Source: Candidatus Hydrogenedentota bacterium
Lineage (GTDB): Bacteria > Hydrogenedentota > Hydrogenedentia > Hydrogenedentales > SLHB01
Length of the DNA: 64,000 nucleotides
Direction: 5' to 3'
Assembly: GCA_045863295.1 (NCBI GenBank)
Contig: BTWA01000011.1
Coordinates: 32,001 to 96,000, forward strand
The stretch's first letter is position 1. Each line of letters begins with the position of its first letter. Below, piece by piece: positions 41,108 through 49,241 of the stretch. The position numbers and the translations under genes are program-made. The notes under the pieces are model-generated. The model had not been told where the DNA came from. It was given only the letters and a program-made list of their open reading frames with translations, and did no database searches.

Positions 41108-41145
41108 AAGGACATAGGGACATAAAGGACAGGAGGGACGGAAAG
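41108..41145 (-). repeat. GGAC 8/9-bp tandem array upstream of the second four-helix-bundle gene
   Basis: AAGGACATAGGGACATAAAGGACAGGAGGGACGGAAAG with GAC at 41111, 41119, 41128, 41137; minus strand reads YTTATGTCC-like, as at 2055-2118. Confidence 0.8.
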
Positions 41146-41263
41146 TGCGTGGGCCTGCTGCGCACTTTGGCGTTGGTTTGGTTCCCTCAACTGTTCCGTT
41201 AGTTGAACGTCCTGGGGGCCAGCATTACCATACGCGACCGGTGTTTACACTAAAGGTGAATGC

Positions 41264-42163
41264 GTGCATATTCAGGACATAGTTTCGAAGCCGGGAACGA
41301 CGATGTCGTTCGAATTTTTTCCTCCGCGCACGGCCGCGGCGGCGGATGAGCTTTACAACACGATTGCGCAGTTGGAGCCGTTGGCGCCTTCGTTTGTTTC
41401 GGTGACGTATGGGGCGGGGGGCGCGACGCGGGAGTTGACGCGGGACGTGGTGTTGCGTTTGAAGTCGGAGTCGTCGCTGGATCCGATTCCGCATTTGACG
41501 TGCGTGTGTCATGGGGAACCGGAGATTCTGGAGATTCTGGCGACGTATGCCGCGCATGGGGTGTCGAACATTCTGGCGTTGGGGGGCGATCCGCCCCGGG
41601 ATATGCCGGGATATGAAAAGTCGCAGGACGCGTTTCAGCATGCGGCGGATTTGGTGCGCTTTATCCGGCGGTTTAACGAGAGCGGCGCGCATGCGGATCC
41701 GCGCGGGTTTGGGATCGGTGTCGCGGGGTTTCCGGAGGGTCATCCGGCTACGCCAAACCGGTTGTTGGAGATGGACTACCTGAAGGCAAAGGTGGACGCT
41801 GGGGCGGATTACATCTGCACGCAGTTGTTTTTTGACAACCGGGATTTTTATGACTTCCGGGAGCGGTGCGAGATTGCGGGAATTCGTGTGCCTATTATCG
41901 CGGGTATCATGCCGGTAACGACGGAGAAGGGCATGCGGCGGATGGCGGAATTGGCGGCTGGGGCGCGATTTCCGGCGGGGCTGTTGCGGGCGGTGGCCCG
42001 GTGCAAAGGGGAATCGGACGCTGTGCGTCGCGTGGGCGTGCACTGGGCGACGGAACAGTGCCGGGATTTGCTGGACCACTCGGTGGCGGGGATACACTTC
42101 TATACGTTGAACCGATCGGACGCGACGCGAGAGATTTATCTGAATCTGGGATTGGGGCATTGA
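41264..42163 (+). CDS. metF: 5,10-methylenetetrahydrofolate reductase
   Basis: SFEFFPP, FVSVTYGAGG, HLTCV, GFPEGHP, KVDAGADYICTQLFFD, HFYTLN. Confidence 0.97.
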   Translation: MHIQDIVSKPGTTMSFEFFPPRTAAAADELYNTIAQLEPLAPSFVSVTYGAGGATRELTRDVVLRLKSESSLDPIPHLTCVCHGEPEILEILATYAAHGVSNILALGGDPPRDMPGYEKSQDAFQHAADLVRFIRRFNESGAHADPRGFGIGVAGFPEGHPATPNRLLEMDYLKAKVDAGADYICTQLFFDNRDFYDFRERCEIAGIRVPIIAGIMPVTTEKGMRRMAELAAGARFPAGLLRAVARCKGESDAVRRVGVHWATEQCRDLLDHSVAGIHFYTLNRSDATREIYLNLGLGH

Positions 42164-42732
42164 ATCCCGTGACGCATGGCCTTGCGGGGTGGGTTACGGC
42201 GAACATGGCTCCGTTGGAACGCCGGGAACGGGCGATTATCACGCTTGCGGGGGTTGCGCCGGATTTTGACGGCTTGGGCATGGTAGTGGACTTTGCGACG
42301 CGGCATTCGGCGACGCCCACGGAGTGGTGGGGCACGTATCACCATGTGCTTGGGCACAATCTGCTTTTTGGCGCGGTGTTGAGCGCGGTTGGGTTTGGGA
42401 TTGGCCGCAAGCGCCTGTTGACGGCGGCGCTCACGTTTTTCAGTTTTCATTTGCATATTCTCGGCGATATCGCGGGCGGGCGCGGGCCGGACGGGGATCA
42501 GTGGCCGATTCACTACTTGTGGCCATTTTCGAATGATCCGGCTTTGAGTTGGTCTGGCCAGTGGGCGCTGAACGCGTGGCCAAACTTCGCGGTGACGATT
42601 GCGTTGTTGGGTGTGACGTTTTACGCTGCCTGGCGCCTTGGGCGTTCACCGCTTGAGTTTGTTTCCTTGCGGGCCGACGCGGGCTTGTGCGCCACGCTTC
42701 GTCGGCGGTTTGGGGCGCCGGCCGGGCGGTAG
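42160..42732 (+). CDS. Membrane metal-dependent hydrolase (YdjM/LexA-binding family)
   Basis: TTG overlapping the metF stop; MNPVTH, APDFDG, HHVLGHN, HLHILGD, YLWPF. Confidence 0.8.
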   Translation: MNPVTHGLAGWVTANMAPLERRERAIITLAGVAPDFDGLGMVVDFATRHSATPTEWWGTYHHVLGHNLLFGAVLSAVGFGIGRKRLLTAALTFFSFHLHILGDIAGGRGPDGDQWPIHYLWPFSNDPALSWSGQWALNAWPNFAVTIALLGVTFYAAWRLGRSPLEFVSLRADAGLCATLRRRFGAPAGR

Positions 42733-42803
42733 TGACCGCGAGGCGCTCGAAATTGCCTTGGTTTGCGCGGTATGATACGTGTTCAGAAGGAGACTGCTCC
42801 CGC

Positions 42804-44075
42804 ATGAGCCTTGTTGTTCAGCATGGCCGCGTCATTGACCCCGCCAACGGAATTGATGCTCACCTTGATGTTTTAATTGACGAAGGGAAGATTGCGCAGG
42901 TTGGAGCCGGTTTACGCGGCGAACGCGCAATCGATGCCACGGGCAGTGTCGTGTGCCCTGGATTTGTGGATCTGCACGCCCATTTTCGCGAGCCGGGTTT
43001 TGAATCCAAAGAGACGATTGCGTCAGGCGCACTGGCGGCGGCGCACGGCGGATTCACCTCGGTGGTGACGATGCCGGATACGAAGCCTCCGATCGACAAT
43101 GCGGGGATGCTGGAGTTCATCCACCGGCGGGCGCGGGAAACGGCGTGCGTTCGCATATGCCCGGCGGCGGCGGCGACGAAGGCTCGGCAGGGTCAGGAAA
43201 TGACGGAGATGGCGGAGCTCCGGGACGTGGGCGCGGTGGCGGTGACGGACGCGGATCAGGACATTGATTCGTCGTGGGTGTTGCGGCGCGTGCTGGAGTA
43301 CGCGCGAATGGTGGGACTTCCGTTTCTGGCGCACTGCGACGATGTGTCGCTGCAGGACAGCGGCCACATGAACGAAGGGTACAACTCGACGCGGCTCGGC
43401 ATTCCGGGCATGCCGGCGGCGATGCAGGAGGTGCGCATCGATCGGGCAATACGGCTTGCGCGCCTGACGGGGGCTCACGTGCACATTCAGTGCGTGTCGA
43501 CGGCGGAGGGCGTGCGGCTGGTGCGCGAGGCGAAGGCGGAAGGCCTTCGGGTTACGGCGGAGACTTCGCCGCACTATTTCATGTTGACGGACGCCGCGGT
43601 AGAGATTTACGGTCCGAACGCGAAGGTGAATCCGCCGTTGCGCACCGATGACGACGTTCAAGCGGTGAAGGACGGTTTGCGCGAAGGAATCATCGACGCG
43701 ATAGCCACGGATCACTCTCCGCATACGTTTACGGAAAAGGACGTGGAGTTTCAGTTGGCTCCGTTTGGGCTGATGGGCCTGGAGACCGCGCTGCCTTCGA
43801 CGTTGTCGGCGCTGGTGGAGCCGGGGCTGCTGGCATTGAGCGATGCGATTGCCCTGTTGACGTGCAAGCCTGCCAGGGTGATCGGTTTGAACGCGGGTAC
43901 GCTGGCCGTGGGCGCGGCGGCGGATGTGACTGTTTTCAAGGCCGACGCCGAATACGCGCTTCAGCCTTCTCTCATCAAGAGCCGTTCCAAGAACTCGCCG
44001 TATACGGGCACGACACTTCGCGGCAAGGTGACGCATACGATTTGCGATGGGGCCGTGGTGTACGAGGCGAAGTAG
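42804..44075 (+). CDS. pyrC: Dihydroorotase (type I), possibly ligand-variant
   Basis: AGGAG RBS; PGFVDLHAHFREPG, GGFTSV, KVNPPLR, IATDHSPH, SRSKNSP. Confidence 0.9.
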   Translation: MSLVVQHGRVIDPANGIDAHLDVLIDEGKIAQVGAGLRGERAIDATGSVVCPGFVDLHAHFREPGFESKETIASGALAAAHGGFTSVVTMPDTKPPIDNAGMLEFIHRRARETACVRICPAAAATKARQGQEMTEMAELRDVGAVAVTDADQDIDSSWVLRRVLEYARMVGLPFLAHCDDVSLQDSGHMNEGYNSTRLGIPGMPAAMQEVRIDRAIRLARLTGAHVHIQCVSTAEGVRLVREAKAEGLRVTAETSPHYFMLTDAAVEIYGPNAKVNPPLRTDDDVQAVKDGLREGIIDAIATDHSPHTFTEKDVEFQLAPFGLMGLETALPSTLSALVEPGLLALSDAIALLTCKPARVIGLNAGTLAVGAAADVTVFKADAEYALQPSLIKSRSKNSPYTGTTLRGKVTHTICDGAVVYEAK

Positions 44076-44094
44076 GCGCGTTGGCGGGTTTTCT

Positions 44095-46596
44095 TCAGAA
44101 CGATTCGTCTTCCATGACGCGTATGCCGAGTATGCGCGACAATTTGAAATCTCTTACGCCGCCTTGTTTGTGGCAATAGCCGCTGAGCGTGGGTTGGGGG
44201 CACAGCAAGTCGACGGCAACGGGGTTGACTTTGCGCAGACTTGGGTTGGGTTCCCACACGGACTTGTATTGAATCAGGACAGGGACGCGGCGGCGTATCG
44301 CGTCTTCGAGAATCTCACCGATAATGCGCGGCGAATAGGACGGCAAGCTGACGTACGCTTCGGCGTCGTCCGTTTCCACATCGTCGGCGGTTTCGGCGAC
44401 TGCCTGTTGATCCGCGGCGGCACGTTGGGTTTCGACCCAGGGAAAACACCACCGATCGGGCGCTCCGTCGTCGAAAGAATCTTCCACTTTGTCGACAGGA
44501 ATGCCTTGTGACTTCAGCAGTTTCTTAAACTGCGCGAGGCGGCCTTGCTTGACCACCACGGTGTACAGGCCGAGTCGACCTTCGACGAAGTTGCCTGCGG
44601 CGGGCAGTTCCATGACGGCGTCGCAGGTCTCCGGTTCTTCAAAGCGGACGAGCGTTGCGGTTCCGGTACGCGCGGCGGCGACTTCGCCCGCGCGCGCACG
44701 AAGGGCGACGCGGAACCGGGCTGCCAGCGGGCCGATGACAATGGCGTCGAGGTTCGCGGCGTGGAGCCCCCAATCGACGCCTTTGTTGGAGCCGTTCTTC
44801 GCGAGCGTGACGCCGATGTCGCCGTTTGACTGCGCCACGACGTGGCCCAATTCCGAGATGCGTCGCTGAACAAACAGGTGGCGTCGCTCCCACGGGGCGC
44901 GCAGATGCAAGCCGTCTTCCTGGAGCAGGCACGGTTTTAACGGTTTGCGGTAATTGATGCGATGGGTCACATCAGGCACGGCGACATCGACCAGGACGAA
45001 TCGTTCGCCAATGACGCGCGCTCCGGGGTGATTTTGCAGAAACGCCTCGGCGTCGTTTGGGGTGCGGCATTCGACCACGTTGCACAAGGTGCGAATGGTG
45101 ACGGATTGGACCTTCCGTTCCCACGTGGCCAATTGATCGAGGACGTTTGCCGGAAGTGCGCGGGCGCTGTGGCGCGTGAGCAAATCCACAAACGTGTGGG
45201 CGGCGACGCCGGAGCGCACGCCCCTGTAGATGCTTTCCTGCGTGATTTTGTAGGTGCTCGCGGGACCGCCTCGCAAGCGTTCGCAAAACAGGTCGAGTTT
45301 CCGGCGCAATTCGGCGGAGCAGCGGTCGACGTAGGCAATGACTTCGAAGTCCGGTTGCACGACGACGGCGTCGTGGGTGCCTGCGCCGTTTTCCTCAGGT
45401 TTGGGTCCAACACCGAGGGCATACCGTCCGAGCGGGGTAATGCGGAAGCACTTGCCTTGCGCGGCCAGTTCGACTATGCCGAGTCGGCTGAACAGACTTT
45501 GAATTATCCATGAGAACAACCGCTTTTCGCGGGTTTGCCACGAGCGATCCTTCCATACGGGCGACGCGTCGTGCACATTGCAGTGAATGGCGAGCCAGCG
45601 CTCTTCCAGAAAGAGGACATTGGGATCGACGCGGCGAATCAGCTCGACGAACTGGTCGATGGAGAACCAAACGCCGGGGGTCTGCTCCGCAAGGATATTG
45701 GCCATGAGCACCCGGTGATAGGTGCGGCGCAATGCTCCGGGGCGCATGTGCTGATCGATGGCGTCGTATAGCTGCGTATAGAACAGCCGGAGATCGGGCA
45801 GGTCGTCGGCCGTGAGGTAGGCGTGAAAGAGTTCGCGGATGCGTTCACTTTCGCCGCGCTCGGCCCAGGCGGCGGCTTTTTCGGTGGTGTCGAGGCGGCC
45901 GTCGCGGGCTGCGATACATCCCATCCGGCAGGCCATGAGCAGGGCCATATCAAATGCTTCCGACGACACGTTGCCTTCCTTGGCAATTTCGATGGCGCGG
46001 GATCGGTCGGACTTATGGAGTTCGCCGGAAGCGGTCACGCGCGGCTCCAGGGCTTCGACAACGCGAAACGTTTCCAGCACAGTTGCCGTCGCGAGATCCG
46101 CGGCGGGGGAATCGGGATCCAGGGGGCCTTCCACGGGATCGAGGCGAATGCCCAGAGGGGCCGCGGGCGGCAACAGGTTTCGGACAGTATCCGGGACGAC
46201 CAAGGGGATGGCGCCGTTTCCGTCGATTTTTTCGCGGGAGAGTTGACCGAACGAGAAGGCTCCGGAATGGCCTTCCGGGCTGACGAGGACGAGGCCCTGT
46301 TTTGCGACGGCTTCCAAGGCTGGCTGGGTGTGTCCGTTGCCGAGGAGCCCGGGCACGCTGAGCACGTCTTGCGCCATCACGGCGGGCCGGCTTGCCACGA
46401 GGTGCATGACGCGTACGTCCGCGGGTGACAAGCGTTTAATGGCGTTTTCGACGTGGAGCGGGTCGGACAGGACCTTTTCCATGGCGCGAATGCGGTTGGG
46501 CTTGCTGGAAACCGCAAGTTGCCAGTAGTCGCACATGGTTGCGAGGGCTTCGTTGGTGTAGCCCCGCAAACATTCTTTTACGCTGAAGCTATTCAC
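44095..46596 (-). CDS. Helicase-associated (Helicase_C_3; XPB-NTD/p52-clutch-like) domain protein with C-terminal WYL-like domain
   Basis: 'VVVQPDFEVIAY...LDLFCE......YKITQESIYRGVRSG...FVDLLTRHSARALPANVLDQLATWERK'; C-terminal 'LEDAIRRRVPVLIQY......RKVNPV.......GYCHKQGGVRDFKLSRI'; no Walker motifs. Confidence 0.8.
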   Translation of the reverse strand: MNSFSVKECLRGYTNEALATMCDYWQLAVSSKPNRIRAMEKVLSDPLHVENAIKRLSPADVRVMHLVASRPAVMAQDVLSVPGLLGNGHTQPALEAVAKQGLVLVSPEGHSGAFSFGQLSREKIDGNGAIPLVVPDTVRNLLPPAAPLGIRLDPVEGPLDPDSPAADLATATVLETFRVVEALEPRVTASGELHKSDRSRAIEIAKEGNVSSEAFDMALLMACRMGCIAARDGRLDTTEKAAAWAERGESERIRELFHAYLTADDLPDLRLFYTQLYDAIDQHMRPGALRRTYHRVLMANILAEQTPGVWFSIDQFVELIRRVDPNVLFLEERWLAIHCNVHDASPVWKDRSWQTREKRLFSWIIQSLFSRLGIVELAAQGKCFRITPLGRYALGVGPKPEENGAGTHDAVVVQPDFEVIAYVDRCSAELRRKLDLFCERLRGGPASTYKITQESIYRGVRSGVAAHTFVDLLTRHSARALPANVLDQLATWERKVQSVTIRTLCNVVECRTPNDAEAFLQNHPGARVIGERFVLVDVAVPDVTHRINYRKPLKPCLLQEDGLHLRAPWERRHLFVQRRISELGHVVAQSNGDIGVTLAKNGSNKGVDWGLHAANLDAIVIGPLAARFRVALRARAGEVAAARTGTATLVRFEEPETCDAVMELPAAGNFVEGRLGLYTVVVKQGRLAQFKKLLKSQGIPVDKVEDSFDDGAPDRWCFPWVETQRAAADQQAVAETADDVETDDAEAYVSLPSYSPRIIGEILEDAIRRRVPVLIQYKSVWEPNPSLRKVNPVAVDLLCPQPTLSGYCHKQGGVRDFKLSRILGIRVMEDESF

Positions 46597-46642
46597 TGCC
46601 GGCCAAATTCTGTTCTCGCAGCCCAGTTGTCCGCCGGGGGCA

Positions 46643-46870
46643 TCAGGGGGATGTATCCATCACCCTCGGCATATGCCCCAAAGCCTTTAACCGGCGCACA
46701 ACTTCAGCCACGGCTTGCGGTTGCACTGCGATGCACCGGTCCGATAGGCGGTCGCCGAGCCAATTCTGAAGGGCTTTGTCGCTCTCGATCTCGGTGAGAA
46801 TGAGAGGATCGTGCACTTCGATCAGGGCCAACCCGGTATGTAGCTTTGTTTGCTGCATTTCCACGTTCAT
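46643..46870 (-). CDS. Small 71-75 aa protein, TFIIH p8/Tfb5-like or p52-CTD-like fold (inferred)
   Basis: GLALIEVHDPLILTEIESDKALQNWLGDRLSDRCIAVQPQAVAEVVRRLKALGHMP; similar to an internal segment of the downstream protein; fills the gap between the EF-G paralogue terminator and that gene. Confidence 0.75.
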   Translation of the reverse strand: MNVEMQQTKLHTGLALIEVHDPLILTEIESDKALQNWLGDRLSDRCIAVQPQAVAEVVRRLKALGHMPRVMDTSP

Positions 46871-46893
46871 TTCAGACAGCCAGACAACCGCCT

Positions 46894-46902
46894 ACTATAG
46901 CA
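46894..46902 (-). promoter_or_regulatory. Candidate extended -10 promoter for the small ORF/helicase-associated operon
   Basis: Minus strand TG-C-TATAGT about 24 nt upstream of ATG 46870. Confidence 0.45.
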
Positions 46903-46942
46903 AAAGAAGACCCCCGGGGAAAAATTTCGATCTCCCCGGGGG
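46902..46942 (-). terminator. Rho-independent terminator after the EF-G paralogue
   Basis: Stem CCCCCGGGGA/TCCCCGGGGG (46911-46942) followed on the minus strand by TCTTCTTTT. Confidence 0.8.
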
Positions 46943-46971
46943 CGGTGAAACTTGAAGCGGAGCGGGCCTGC

Positions 46972-49008
46972 CTAATGTTCGGCGGAGCGGTCGGCTTCGT
47001 ACTTGGCGATGATGGGCTGGGCGATGTTTTCCGGTACCTCGTCGTAGTGGTCGAATTTCAGGGTATAAGTTCCGCGGCCGCCGGTGATGCTTCGGAGGTC
47101 TGCGGAGTATCGCAGCACCTCAGCCTCGGGCACGTAGGCGCGAATGAGCTGTTTGCCGGGTCCGGCGGAGTCCATGCCGAGGATTCGGCCCCTGCGGCTG
47201 TTCAGGTCGCCTGTGATATCGCCCATGTATTCCTCGGGCACGGTGATTTCGATGATGAGTACGGGTTCGAGCAGGCAGGGCCGGGCGTCTTTGAAGGCTT
47301 TTTGCAGGCCCATGGATGCCGCGACCTTGAAGGCCATTTCGGAACTGTCGACGTCGTGGTAGGAGCCGTAGTATAGCTCGACGACGATATCCACCACGGG
47401 GTAGCCGGCGATAATGCCCTTTGCGAGGCATTCCTGCACGCCCTTGTCGACCGCGGGGATGAATTGGCGCGGCACGACACCGCCGACGATGCTGTCGACG
47501 AATTTGTATCCGGCGCCACGCTCGTTGGGGGAGACGCGCAAGTGGCAATCGCCGAACTGGCCGTGTCCTCCGGTTTGTTTCTTATAGCGGCCTTGCGCTT
47601 CAGATTTTCCGCGGATGGTTTCCTTGAGGGCGACCTTGGGCGGATGGGTGTCGGCTTCCACGTGAAACTTTCGCCGCATGCGTTCGACGAGGATTTCGAG
47701 TTGCAGATCGCCGAGGCCTTTGATGATGTGTTCATTTGTATCGGGATCGCGATAATGGCTGAAGGTGGGATCGTCCTCGGCCAGTTTGTGCAGGACTTCG
47801 CCGATTTTGTCTTCGTCGGCGCGCGATTTGGGAACGATGGCAAGTTTCACGAGGGATTCCGGGAGTTCGATGGGCGGCATTTGCACGTCGACGCCCGGCG
47901 CGGCGATGGTATTTCCGAAGTGGGTGTTTTTGAGTTTGGTCATGGCGGCGATGTCGCCGGGGCCCACTTCGTCCACGGGGACTTGTTCTTTACCGCAGAG
48001 CAGAAAGACTTTTCCGGTCCGCTCTTTTGTCCGGGTGGTCACGTTGTAGAATTCCGATTCGGACCGGAGGGTGCCAGTGACCACCCTGAATATGGTGAGT
48101 TGGCCGACAAAGGGGTCGGTGACAGAGCGAAAGACCTGACCGACAAAGGGGGCGTCGGGTGTCACTTCGAGTTCGACTTCACTGCCGTTATCTTTGAGGG
48201 CGATGACTTTGTGTTCCATCGGGGTTGGAAAGGAGACGGCGATGAGGTGGAGCATTTCGGGAATGCCGTAGTCCTTGTCGACGCATCCCGCGATGATAGG
48301 CACGATTTTTCCGGACTGGATACCGACGTGCAATCCTTCGTCGAAGTCTTCTTCCGAGAGTTCGCCGGTTTCGAGGTACCGTTCGAGGAGTTTGTCGTCG
48401 GATTCGGCGACGGCATCGGCCATTTCGGTTTTGAGTTCATTGATGCGATCGGCGACATCGGGGTGGTCGCCGGTAAGGATATTGACGACGCCCTTCAGGC
48501 CTTCGCCTTTTCCGATGGGGACGACCAGGGGCACGCAGGTTTTGCCGTAGGCGGCGCGCAGTTTTTCCACGACGGCATAGAAGTCCGCGCCGTCGCGGTC
48601 AAGTTTGTTGACGAAGAATGCGTGCGGGATGTCGTACTTGGCGGCGTATTTGACGGCGTTGTCAGTGCCGATCTGGATGCCGGTGACGGCGTCGACGACG
48701 ATGATGGCGCTGTCGAGCATGGGCATGGACGAGGCGGTTTCCCCGAGGAAGTCGGCGTATCCGGGATGATCGACGATGTGAATTCGATGGCCTTCCCAAT
48801 CCACGTGGGACACTTTAAGGCACAGGGTTTGTTGGCGCTCCTTTTCTTCGTCCAGGTAATCGCAGACGGTGTTGCGTTCCTGTATGGTTCCGAGGCGATT
48901 GGTTTTGCCGGCGTCGTGGAGAATATGCTCGATGAGCATGGTTTTCCCCGCTCCGCCGTGACCGAAGATGCCCACGTTGCGCACCTTCACCGAACTCATA
49001 ATGGCCAT
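46972..49008 (-). CDS. Elongation factor G paralogue (EF-G2/FusA2 type)
   Basis: GHGGAGKT, DHPGYADF, NKLD, YKKQTGGHGQFG, GSYHDVDSSEMAFK, LLEP; not in an rpsL-rpsG-tuf operon; switch motifs divergent. Confidence 0.92.
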   Translation of the reverse strand: MAIMSSVKVRNVGIFGHGGAGKTMLIEHILHDAGKTNRLGTIQERNTVCDYLDEEKERQQTLCLKVSHVDWEGHRIHIVDHPGYADFLGETASSMPMLDSAIIVVDAVTGIQIGTDNAVKYAAKYDIPHAFFVNKLDRDGADFYAVVEKLRAAYGKTCVPLVVPIGKGEGLKGVVNILTGDHPDVADRINELKTEMADAVAESDDKLLERYLETGELSEEDFDEGLHVGIQSGKIVPIIAGCVDKDYGIPEMLHLIAVSFPTPMEHKVIALKDNGSEVELEVTPDAPFVGQVFRSVTDPFVGQLTIFRVVTGTLRSESEFYNVTTRTKERTGKVFLLCGKEQVPVDEVGPGDIAAMTKLKNTHFGNTIAAPGVDVQMPPIELPESLVKLAIVPKSRADEDKIGEVLHKLAEDDPTFSHYRDPDTNEHIIKGLGDLQLEILVERMRRKFHVEADTHPPKVALKETIRGKSEAQGRYKKQTGGHGQFGDCHLRVSPNERGAGYKFVDSIVGGVVPRQFIPAVDKGVQECLAKGIIAGYPVVDIVVELYYGSYHDVDSSEMAFKVAASMGLQKAFKDARPCLLEPVLIIEITVPEEYMGDITGDLNSRRGRILGMDSAGPGKQLIRAYVPEAEVLRYSADLRSITGGRGTYTLKFDHYDEVPENIAQPIIAKYEADRSAEH

Positions 49009-49241
49009 CTGGGTTCCCTCCTGAATCCTTTGGATTCCATTCCCCAAAATACCAATTACAGCCCGCAGCAGCTTCGATGGATCGAGCCCGTGATCCCAAT
49101 TGGATTGGAGTATACAATCCAAACATGCATCTAACAAGTTAACAACGGAGCCGGGCCAGAGGGGCAGCCGGGTCCCGGCTCGTTGTAGGCGGTGGACGCG
49201 GGTGGTACGATTCGGTTGCCGGGCAAGGAGAGCGGCGTTCG

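Noticed and set aside
41146..41263. SAM/SAH riboswitch upstream of metF
   Set aside because: No recognisable aptamer consensus by eye; an Rfam search would be needed.
32160..41263. Definite oriC call
   Set aside because: No dnaA/dnaN or clear DnaA-box cluster; kept only as a skew observation.
44095..46596. DNA helicase
   Set aside because: No Walker A/B or SF2 motifs; only helicase-associated accessory domains.
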